DNA of 64,000 nucleotides from Marsupella aquatica (taxonomy: Eukaryota; Plantae; Marchantiophyta). The position numbers were made by a program, and so were the translations under genes. The stretch is taken from contig OZ316898.1 in NCBI GenBank assembly GCA_973895155.1, forward strand, positions 5,319,079-5,383,078, in the 5' to 3' direction. Below are positions 1 to 10,400 of this stretch, in pieces. The first letter of the stretch is position 1, and each line of letters opens with the position of its first letter. The notes beneath the pieces were generated by a model. It saw nothing but the letters and a program-made list of their open reading frames with translations, did no database searches and had not been told where the DNA came from.

Positions 1-2397
1 GGCAATCTGTCTTCTCTGGCAACATTACAGATGAATGACTGTAACCAGCTTAGAAGTCTGCCCGATTCCTTTGGGCGCCTCACGTCTTTGACGAGCTTCG
101 TAATCGGAAGGTGCGAAATGCTAGATACGGTGCCGAAAACGTTCGGAGATCTCAAGGCTCTTACAAAATTAGTGATAACGAGGGCCAAACGCCTGAAGGC
201 CCTACCCGAAAGCTTTGGCAACTTATCTGCTCTCACATATTTGCGTCTCGAAGGTTGTGAGATTCTTGGAAGTCTGCCTGCGAGCTTTGGCAACTTATCT
301 GCTCTCACATATTTGCGTCTCGAAGGTTGTGAGATTCTTGGAAGTCTGCCTGCGAGCTTTGGTATGCTCTCGTCTTTGGAAGAACTTGGCTTGGTTTGGG
401 TGAACCGGCTAGATACGGTGCCGGAAACGTTCGGAGATCTCAAGGCTCTTAGAATTTTAGAGATAACGGACGCTAAACGCCTGAACTCCCTACCCGAAAG
501 CTTTGGCAACTTATCTGCTCTCACATATTTGCGTCTCGTTTGTTGTGAGATTCTTGAAAGTCTGCCTGCGAGCTTTGGTATGCTCTCGTCTTTGGAATCA
601 CTTGAGTTGCATTGGGTGGAGCGGCTAGATACGGTGCCAGAAACGTTAGGAGATCTCAAGGCTCTTAAAAGATTAGTGATACAGGGGGCTAAGCGCCTGA
701 AGTCCCTACCCGAAAGCTTTGGCAACTTATCTGCTCTCACACATTTTTCTCTCGAAGATTGTGAGATTCTTGAAAGTCTGCCTGCGAGCTTTGGTATGCT
801 CTCGTCTTTGGAAGAACTTGAGCTGCGTGAGCTGGAGCGGCTAGATACGGTGCCAGAAACGTTGGGAGATCTCAAGGCTCTTAAAAGATTAGTGATAGAG
901 GAGGCTAAGCGCCTGAAGTCCCTACCCGAAAGCTTTGGCAACTTATCTGCTCTCACATATTTGCGTGTCGACGGTTGTGAGAATCTTGATACGGTGCCGG
1001 AAACGTTCGGAGATCTCAAGGCTCTTAAAAATTTAGAGATAACGAAGGCTAAACGCCTGAAGTCCCTACCCGAAAGCTTTGGCAACTTATCTGCTCTCAC
1101 ATATTTGTGGCTCGAAGGTTGTAAGATTCTTGAAAGTCTGCCTGCGAGCTTTGGTCTGCTCTCGTCTTTGGAAGAACTTAAGTTGCATTGGGTGGAGCGG
1201 CTAGATACGGTGCCGGAATCGCTTGGAGATCTCAAGGCCCTTATAAGTTTAGAGATAACGGAGGCTAAGTGCCTGAAGGCCTTACCCGAAAGCTTTGGCA
1301 ACTTATCTGCTCTCACATACTTGCGTCTCCAAGGTTGTGACAGTCTTAAAATATTGCCGACGAGTTTCGGGAATCTCTCTTCGTTAGTAAGACTAGAACT
1401 CGATTCCTGGGACCAGGTGCTGCTGGAGAATTGGGGTCATCTCAAGGCTCTGAAAACATTCGTACTCTGGTGCGAATATCAGGAGGTGCTACCCGACAGT
1501 TTGGGGACCCTCTCTTCACTGACAACGTTTGAGATCAAGGGGGGAAGGTTGCGGACCCTCCCGAGAACCATAGGACAGCTTCACTCACTGACGACACTGA
1601 AGATTGTGGGGAGCAGCCTAAGCAGTATACCCGACGAACTCCGTAACCTGTCATCTCTAGAAATTCTGTTGCTTAAATCTTGTAACAGGATAGAGACCCT
1701 TCCGGACGGGTTATGGCGCATTTCCTCGTTGAGACTAGTAATACTTGATGATTGCCCAAAATTGAAGAATCTACCAGATAGTCAGGGAGATGACTCTGCA
1801 CCTCGTGAAGACAGAAGTATCGAGACAAGGAGAACAGAACGGGGGCGGTCCTCCCACAACGCTTCTGCGTACGCGGGGAGGATTTGCCTATTTGTGGCTG
1901 GCTGTCCATTCCTCAGTGATCGGGAACTGCGAAGATTGGGCTGGATTGAGTTTCAACGCGGAATAATTGATCATCTTATATTTAGAAAGGGTCTTGAGGT
2001 TTACACTAATGAGTGTTGGGGGGGAACGTGGTACCAGAGACAAGGGCCTCTCTTAGATCAGTACATTAAGTGGTACCAGAGACAACTGCTTTTTAGAATG
2101 GTACCCATTGTGCCTCTAAAGCCGCGCAACGAAGTTCGAACTCTCCTAACGAAGGTCGTGGAAAAAACAAAGCAGAAATCAGCGGAAATCGTTATTTTGT
2201 TTGTTTGTTTTGGTTTTTGGTTGGCCTTGAAACGGAAAGCTCACCCATCCACACAGGATGGACGATTGACTCAGGAGCATGCACCTCTGTACGGTAACCC
2301 ACAAGGGGGGGTCCATACCCAGGACCAGGAGGTAGAGAGGATTGGACCAGGTATGGACCATGAGGGAGAGAGGGTTGGACCAGAGCCCAAAGCATAG
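1..2397 (+). CDS. NLR copy 1, LRR/C-terminal part (5' part lies outside the window); paralog of the hydrolase-NLR at 7429-14521
   Basis: Frame is open from base 1 (GNLSSLATLQM...). It contains 24-aa plant-type LRRs (LxxLPxSFGxLxxLxxLxL). Nucleotides 1 onward align with 11681 onward. The last ~65 codons read into a SINE, so the true 3' end may be spliced. Confidence 0.85.
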   Translation, partial: GNLSSLATLQMNDCNQLRSLPDSFGRLTSLTSFVIGRCEMLDTVPKTFGDLKALTKLVITRAKRLKALPESFGNLSALTYLRLEGCEILGSLPASFGNLSALTYLRLEGCEILGSLPASFGMLSSLEELGLVWVNRLDTVPETFGDLKALRILEITDAKRLNSLPESFGNLSALTYLRLVCCEILESLPASFGMLSSLESLELHWVERLDTVPETLGDLKALKRLVIQGAKRLKSLPESFGNLSALTHFSLEDCEILESLPASFGMLSSLEELELRELERLDTVPETLGDLKALKRLVIEEAKRLKSLPESFGNLSALTYLRVDGCENLDTVPETFGDLKALKNLEITKAKRLKSLPESFGNLSALTYLWLEGCKILESLPASFGLLSSLEELKLHWVERLDTVPESLGDLKALISLEITEAKCLKALPESFGNLSALTYLRLQGCDSLKILPTSFGNLSSLVRLELDSWDQVLLENWGHLKALKTFVLWCEYQEVLPDSLGTLSSLTTFEIKGGRLRTLPRTIGQLHSLTTLKIVGSSLSSIPDELRNLSSLEILLLKSCNRIETLPDGLWRISSLRLVILDDCPKLKNLPDSQGDDSAPREDRSIETRRTERGRSSHNASAYAGRICLFVAGCPFLSDRELRRLGWIEFQRGIIDHLIFRKGLEVYTNECWGGTWYQRQGPLLDQYIKWYQRQLLFRMVPIVPLKPRNEVRTLLTKVVEKTKQKSAEIVILFVCFGFWLALKRKAHPSTQDGRLTQEHAPLYGNPQGGVHTQDQEVERIGPGMDHEGERVGPEPKA
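121..1344 (+). repeat. LRR-encoding tandem repeat (72-nt LRR, 216-nt triplet) in NLR copy 1
   Basis: The CT(A/T)GATACGGTG anchor occurs at 121, 409, 625, 841, 985 and 1201, giving spacings of 288/216/216/144/216. Confidence 0.95.
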
Positions 2398-2739
2398 ACT
2401 GTTGACTCCGGAGCATGCACCTCTGTATGGTAGCCCACAAGGGAGGTCCATACCCAGGACCAGGAGGGAGAGAAGGTTGGACGAGAGCCCATGCACCTCT
2501 GTATGGTAGCCCACAAGGGAGGTCCATACCGAGGACCAGCAGGGAGAGAGGGTTGGACGAGAGCCCAAAGCGGATCAGCCAGGCTGAGGTGAAACCAGAG
2601 AAACCAGTACTCCCACCACTATACCCGGCCCACACACACACTCACCCTCCACAACCCTTGCACGTGAAGGGGGGATTGAACTTGGGACCTCTAGATACTA
2701 GGTTCATCCCCTGGCCAACTGACCACAACCAGATGGTTC
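2192..2739 (-). mobile_element. tRNA-derived SINE, copy A (internal ~75-bp units amplified)
   Basis: The minus-strand head reads GAACCATCTGGTTGTGGTCAGTTGG...GGTCCCAAGTTCAATCCCCC, with A-box-like and B-box-like motifs. It has an A-rich (AAAC)n tail. Homologs lie at ~14474, ~23311, ~31621 and ~62041. Confidence 0.7.
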
Positions 2740-4069
2740 ACAATTTGGGTCTTGTGTAACCATATGTTCGGCTTTCTATCTGACTAACAAAGCGCAATCA
2801 GATGCTACTCCCTATGTTTTGACACTGGGCCTATTGTCTAGAGTGAAGCCACATATTGTCTAGACTGGAGCCTCATATTGTCTAGACTGGAGCCTCTAGA
2901 CCAAGGCGCTTGAATTGAGGATGCAGACAAAAAACAGTAATGGGGACAAAGATGAAGATGAAATAACATGTAATCCTTGTTTCTCTTAGGTGTTTTTCTC
3001 CTCGTCTCTTTTGAACGGGTAATCAGGCTAGTCAGTATAGGGAACAGATTGGAAACTGGTCATGTGTGTTGACTTCAACTAGCATGAACAAAGGTAGCTA
3101 AACACCACCGTTCCAGTGTGCAGTGCCTGCTGTTAATAGTACTCTAGCTCATTCCATGATGGGTATTGTGGTCATCAAGCAATTCTAGTTACAAGCTCCT
3201 GGGCAGCTAACCAAGAGAGCCCAGCTCAAAGTTTCTTCAATTTTGAAAGGAATGCTTTTATAAGGCGTCTGTCATGAGAGCACCATTTTTTAGAAAGCTG
3301 CAGAATTAGTAATATTTTGTTTCTATTTGGTCATAAACTGGCATCTCTCTCCCCATAGCTCAATGAACATTACTATTGTCATATAGAGGTTACATAAACT
3401 AGAAAGAGAAAGTCTCCTCAGTGGTTTCAGGACAAGCAATGGCGGTGTTGAGTTTGAACATTACAGGCTGCAACGCTCTCCACACAACTTGAAAACACTC
3501 TCTCGTGCATCGAGCATCACAGATTCTTTTTCATATCACACATCTTTCAAGGAAGATTCATTGGCAGGATGCTTCACATACAGAAAAAATTTTACAAGAC
3601 AGAATAATGCCTACAAATGTAGAATGGTGCCTCCACTCTATTATGAAGGTATGAAGGTGACGGACTCCGACTGCTGTGGAGAGAGCACCAGTCGCAGTGG
3701 TGACTATAAACGAAGGTTTGCAAAGATTCCTCCAGCATTGTGATTAACTGCAGTACCAGCTGTGCGAGACCAATGGGTTGAAACAGATCTCTGTTTGAGT
3801 CTCTTTCCTTTGGGAGTGCTGGAATAACATTCAGGCTGCTTATGTTTGGCTCCAAATTTCTCAAAATCTGTCGTGGGCCTTATGGAGGATGGGACTAGCT
3901 TTGCCGGGCGTCACTCTGCTAAATCTCCCAGCCTGTATTCTACTCCAGCAAAGTCTCAGCCTTTCAGAAGTATCCACCCCAAAAGAACTCAAGCTCCGTT
4001 CTGGTACCCAAGTCCCACTTTCATAAGCTTGAGCCTCAGATCAAAATTTTGATGGTGGAAACATGGTCC

Positions 4070-4660
4070 TCATGGACAAATCTCAGTCTCGGAAACGAGG
4101 AGGCAAAGCACAGACGAGTAGCTCAGCATTGGATACTGAAACGAATTCAGAAAATGAGCATACTGGGCCAACGCCGTTTCTCGATTTGGAACTTCATCAG
4201 ATAGAAAATCGTACGGAGTAACTTTGCCGGTGTCAACTAGAGGAAACCACTTGTAACCAGGTCTTTCAGGTAGTGAAACCGTCACAGGCAAATAAAGGGA
4301 ATTGAAGGCAACATAATGTTCCTTAATGTGAGAGTCAACCTGCGTGTCTAGACAGGGATGTTAGCTCGAGAAACGATTTGAAATGAATTGCAGATAAACG
4401 AAACGACACCCGTATAGGTCAATAGGTTATTTGTTTTGAACCTGCCGATATGGACGACTGTGGCCTTCTCCTCATTTGCAAGATTACAAAGCATTAACAC
4501 CATTTACAAAATTTTGACAGATCCTAAACGTCAGATGAGCGAAATGTCATAGGGAGAGCAATACTGGTGAAACAGCTACAAATCTACCCTAAATCTCCGA
4601 CCAGTCAGGCGCCGTTCCGCAGTCGGGAATTCTCCTAGCCTTAGTGCTTCACATTGACTG
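4070..4660 (-). pseudogene. Duplicated, decayed 3' end (last two exons) of isoamylase ISA1
   Basis: The last exon (4070-4339) is nearly identical to 16270-16539. The penultimate-exon copy lacks ~28 nt (AGGTTTGGTGTCAC...CTCTAGA) relative to 16820-16850. Homology stops at ~4832 versus ~17054, and no upstream exons are present. Confidence 0.88.
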
Positions 4661-5721
4661 GAAAATCATTCCGCCAGTACAGTTTTTTCATTGTGGACGG
4701 GACAGTAGTAAGCAGAAGAAACAACATGAAAACTAGACCAACCTTTTTACATCTATCTTGTCAGCAGTTTTGTTTTAAATTGCTTCTCATTATGAGAAGA
4801 TCACGTTTCAAATTATATTCTAATTCTAAGTGATTTGTGGCCAAAATTTGCTAGATTCCACGTCTCTTAAAAGTAATTTTGCCACAGGCTAAAATTGCTA
4901 GATTTTCTATCTTTCCATAGTCACTTTTCCGCCTAGCACAGACCCCACCAGCCAAAATATGTCGTCATCTTTAAATGTAGTCAGAAATGTAACTGAATTA
5001 CATAATGAATGTTCGTAGCGTGCTCTCCTTCACACAAGGGGTCATTGGCCACACTCACGAAAAAACAAAGACATTAAAAATTAGGCCGGTCAGGCGGCTG
5101 TCATATATATTCAAGAAGAATTCAATCCAATTGAGTTGTTGTAATGACCACTGATGTCCAGAGCATTGCTGATAATTTGTCCAATAGAACACAGCACGAC
5201 ACCAAACTTGACAAAGTGATCGAATGACGTCGTTAATGGCTGCCAGAAGCTCAAGAATGGATAGACCGATCGCTTTGACGTCGAATTACAATTCCTATTG
5301 AAGAAGTGAGGACCTTTAAAATTTCTGAGTAGTATGCACAGAAGCAAGAAGATCGGAAGTTTTTGTGAGCACGCACATTATAGCCAAATGGATATTAGGA
5401 CAGTAGGCGAAGTGTAGATGTGTAGCATTTTATGGTGACGGTAGCGAGCTGGGTGTTTTTTAAAACAATCGAGCCGTCCACCTCCAAGACATTTTCGTAT
5501 GAGAAACGAGTCGCAACGTGTTGGCAAAACGTTCTTTCACAATGTTTTCAGTGTGGGGCCCTGACTTTTCTAAAGTGTGGGCCATTTCAGGGTGGCGTGA
5601 CGAGCTACGAACGACCTGGGAGGTGCACAAAGCTCCGTCACACCACGCGGAAGATGCCCAGAAGATTCTGGCTTGCTTGCTACTTATTATACAATGGAAA
5701 AAAACATTTTGAAGTACACTT

Positions 5722-5877
5722 TAGATGGTTTTCATCCAGCACTTCGTCGGACGGAGCTTTGTGCACACTACTGTGTTGAATTTCAGTCTCTGCCCTCCGG
5801 TTATATGACTGTAGATGGTTCTTATCCAGGACTTCGTCGGACGGAGTCACTACAGTGTTTTATTTCAGTCTGTGCCC
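5722..5877 (+). repeat. ~90-bp direct duplication upstream of the NLR
   Basis: TAGATGGTT..ATCCAG(C/G)ACTTCGTCGGACGGAG...TTTCAGTCT(C/G)TGCCCT occurs twice. Confidence 0.7.
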
Positions 5878-7428
5878 TTTGTTTGAATGAACCGAGCTGT
5901 GTTTTGTGCATTTGTGTGAACTAGAGGAGTTCATGAATAGGGCGGGCGCCGTTGGTAGCCAGGGCTAATTTTTTATTTGCTCCACATTCCGACTCAGGTT
6001 CCTCGTCCTCGAGGAAGAAGAGCAGAGCAGAGCAGAAGAGAGCAGCTTGTTTTCTTCTGGGAACTTCTACAATGTTTCAGTCGTGCTTGGCAATCGGGGA
6101 GGAGGGATTTTTTGGCAGACGTGTTTTGCTTCAGTTGATTTCATCATACACGTACACGAACGGTGTGAAGCCTTCGGGACTGGGTGTGCAAGTTGCAAAG
6201 CATTTCGGTCGATTCTTCCTTTGAAGAGCTAATCCCCAGAGAGTCCTTGGACTTGAGCCTGGTCTTCGGTCACTCTGGAACAGTTTGTGCTGCGGAAACT
6301 CGTCGTAGGAAAGGTCTTCCACCTTACCGGCTTTCCTCGTGCACATCGTCGTGCATGCTATGTGAGTTTAGGGATTAAGGTTGACCCGCGCTTCAATGTT
6401 TACACATCTGCTGCCGATCTCTCGTGGTGACTGACATGATTTCTTCAATGGTCGATTTCCTTGGTTAACTTGTTCCCCATATCCGCGCTCTTTTCTCTTG
6501 GTTGAGCAAGGTGAGCAGGAGAGGAGGGGAGGGAAGTCTAGCAACCATTGGTTACGTTGCTCGAATGTATTTCAATTGCCCCTTGCTTCCGGGGTGGGAG
6601 GGATCTTTTGATCGATGAGCTGTTAATTCTCCATTCCATTAGGCACTAATTTCTGAATTGCTGTTTGAATTCCCTGCAGGTTGCAGTCCGAGTTTATTTG
6701 ACTGCTGCTCAGACGCAGTCCAGCACCAAGGGCGGCCAAGGTGAATACACTAGAAGCCCATGTGGGCGGATGTAATTCACCTTGGTATCCCATAGTCGGA
6801 TCCTGTAGCTGATGGCTCCGTCCTTCCCCAAAGGTATGTTGTTCAGGGGCTCCAACTTGAAGCAACAGCAGAATTCTGCATTGGTCGCTCATCTACAGAA
6901 TCTTCACAAGCACTAAGAGATTCAAAATAGATGGTTGTCATGTATTCCGAAGTTAAAGGGTTATCTCAAAGTAATCTTCAATTGAATGTACTGCTGGACC
7001 TGCTTCCTGTTTGTTTTACTTTTGGGGACTCTTACGGCCTGTAGAGCATGTCGATAAATCTTTCAGGGCTCCCTCACGGTTGATGATGTAGGCACAGTGA
7101 CAGTCTACAGGGATTGGTTGGAATTGAAGTGCACAATGCTACTGGGATTCCTTCTGTGAACCTCTTCTTTGTGTGCCTCTTGAGAACAAAACCTTGTGCG
7201 TTGAAGAATGTCCCAAGCACTGGTTTGTTTGACTGCCGTGCCATTTTTGTTGCTGACCATTCCGTGGATTGTTAAAAAGTGGCAGGTTTTATTAGTCGGC
7301 TAGGTCCATTTCGGTCTTCCTGGGAGAGACCGACATCCCGGAGCTTCCTGCAAGGTTTTGTAGTGTTTCTGCCGTTGTGATTCACTTGGACCTAAGAGAT
7401 ACTTCACGATCTTCTGAAATCTCGAGCA

Positions 7429-10400
7429 ATGTCGACCTTACATGTGGGTTCTGGCTCCTCTTCAGACGCTCCATTCGCATGTGGATCTCGAAGTCCTCGT
7501 AAGGTAGTCTCAGTCCAGACCACGAGAGTGATATCGCCCGCTGTTGGCGTGGTAGACCACCTGCAGTGACGTTTCCGGCAATGAGCAAACTTGGCCGCAA
7601 AATTTGTATAAAATCACAATGATTTTCATGACTTGTTGACAGTAATTTTGCTGTTGGGATACAGATTATTTTGGTGCATATGTAATTGCACGTACTGATG
7701 TTGCTCTTTGCTTTTCTTAGGTGAATGAATCTGTCTACAAATTCGACAGGCCGCAAGACACTCCTACTTTGCAAATTCTGTTTTTTCATGGACTCCAATT
7801 TGATGATTCTTTGGAAACTCATGTCCGTAATTGGGAAAGTAGAGACAGGTCTCTCATCTGGCCTGAAAAGTGGTTGGTTGAAGATTTTCCCACTGCCGAT
7901 ATCCTGTACATTTCCTATGATGGATTGGTAAAAAAAGGATCCCACTTGAATGAAAGTCTGGGGATGTACATTATTGCCGAAAATTTGATGTCTGACCTAA
8001 TTCAAGCGGGTGTTGGTCAAATTTGGAACTGTCCGGTCATAATGGTTGGGCATTGCTTTGGTGGTATGGTCATCAAAGAGCTATGTTTGCACGCTCATAA
8101 AGCGCGGAGCGATCCCACCAAACGCAAAATGTTTCTTGACAATGTGAGAGGAATATTTAATTACAGTACTCCTCATCATGGGAGTGACATTTTCGAGAGA
8201 GTTGGAGATATGAAACACCCTTTGTGGTCATACTTTCGAGTTTTGAGCACAGAAGGAGCACGACTTAATCACGAGTTCGATCATTTGTGCAAATTACATG
8301 GATGGATAATCCGTGGTATTGGAGCTGGTCTCCGTGTTCCATCGGTACACATACTTTCATCCCCAGCTTTGTCTACGCTCACTGGCTATTTTTCTGTAGA
8401 CTGAGTAAAATTGTGTGAACGTCAACTCAATGAAGAGCATCTTGAAACTGTGCTGACATAGTGTGTATTCCGTAAGTGGGCGGCACCGTGAGTCAGAGTT
8501 TTTGAAAATGCTTATATCCTCTTTAGTCTAATGCGGGTTAGGCATATAATCTTGTACAATAGAGTTGTGTGTAGTCATCGACCTTTTTCAAAGATAAGCA
8601 GAATTACCTGTTCCATTTATTTGCTTTTTCATCTAGATTGTTACTATCTTAACAAGCTTTTTGTCAAGGATTTTATTCTGCAAGAAGCCATGTAACTTAG
8701 GGATATAATGGAGCGTACTCCTGGTGTGTAGGGCCGGTTCAAAGGTCTGCTTCTAGTCAAGGAGTCATCTGCAAGAGGAGGGGAGTCTTTCAGTGTGAGG
8801 GAAGCCGACCACTTTGCGATTTGCAAACCAGAAAGTAAAACTTCAAGTGGCTACTATGAGCTCAAGGAACTCCTTCGCAGCATTCACAGTAGCATTCGAA
8901 AGGTAATTTGTTTCTTCCTACTTTGAGGTCACATGATCAGCCTGCTTTGGTTGGATCGTAATAATTTTTATTATAACTGTTTGTGCATAATGTTACCAAA
9001 GCTTTACAGGCGGTGTAGCAAGCTCTGTCTAAACGCGGCTACGTATCCATCGATTCCTGCGAGAGCACTTATTGCGGATGGATGGTACTTGCGGTGTATA
9101 TCCTACGTGAAGATTCAGTCTCTAGTGTCCAATAACCCCTCGTTGCCTGAGTTTATCTGTGGAAACCTCCTGGTTTTGCATAAAAGACAGCATACAGTTA
9201 GGACACAGTCATTGCGATACCATTGCAAATCATGTGAAATAGGTACGACCATCAGCAATGACTTATGTCTCGAACGGTAAGACAACGAGTACTGGACGTC
9301 CTAAGCATTCCCAGATAGGACTCAGTCCGGTCGATTTGATTGATAGAGGAGATAGGACCCGAGGATCATCCCTAGCGGTCGCAGACTGGAACCAAGCGAC
9401 AAGAAACCTGTGTCACTCAATGCACTCGGCGTCATTCCATCGACTGTGATATATGCCTGATCAGCCTCAGTATAAAGTCTGCATACACTGTCAATCGCTG
9501 GAAAAAACTGGGAAACGACAGCATCGATCTAAATTGACAAATAAAATTAGGAGATGACTGAGCGGAAGATAGTGCTAGAGTAGTTGAGCATGCCAGCGAC
9601 TAGATTACAACCATGGAAACTCGGCAAAGCTATTGCCATCCTGATAAATATCTCACAAATGTGGTCATTTTAGGAGCAGTTCCCTGCACGTGCTGGGATC
9701 GATGTGGTCATTCTCTTCTTTAAATTAGCGACTGTGGAGATTCAATAAGTATCCTCACTTCAATTTCCCATTGTCTGATGTTGATATATCGGTTTCATCT
9801 TTGCAGGCAACGAGGCTTATTCATGGACTCCCGACTTATCCTACCGATTTGGAAAGGCGTTGGCACGAGGTTCAAGTAAAGCTAGCACAAGCGCCAGTAG
9901 TAGGCATCGTTGGCATGGGCGGAATCGGGAAAACAACTATTGCTAAGGAACTATACAACAACATCTCTAGAAATTTTGAATATGCGTGTTTTACTGAAAC
10001 TGTCACAGGCATCCAGAAGCACGAGGTAGAGAAGCAGATACTCGGAAATTTTCATCGCCGTGGGACTAGGGTCGAGAAAAATCAGATTGAGTGGTCTGAC
10101 CTGGAGAAGACAAAGACACTGATCGTCTTGGATGGTGTGGATCATAAACAAATCATACCTTTGCCCGATTTGGATTTCTTTGGGGAAGGGAGCCGTTTGA
10201 TCATTACAAGTCGTGATCAAGGCGTTTTGGATGTTTTTGCAAACCGTGTCATTTACGACGTTGAGTTTCTCATCGACGACGAGGCAAAGAAGCTCTTCTG
10301 CCGGCATACATTTGGGGAAGACGGAATTCCAGACCATCTCTTACAGGCAAATCATCACTTGAATGAAAATGTGGAGGGAGTGGTAAAGAAATGCGGCGGG

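Noticed and set aside
2670-2739. Functional tRNA gene
   Set aside because: Only A/B-box-like motifs, with no complete cloverleaf. They are attached to a repeated body and A-rich tail, which indicates a SINE head.
3489-4052. ORFs 'conserved' with 15667-16233
   Set aside because: The similarity is explained by the recent segmental duplication of UTR/intergenic DNA. No recognisable domains, and one ORF is frameshifted between copies.
7382-7945. 187-aa minus-strand ORF
   Set aside because: Antisense to NLR exons 1-2 and the intron between them, with no motifs.
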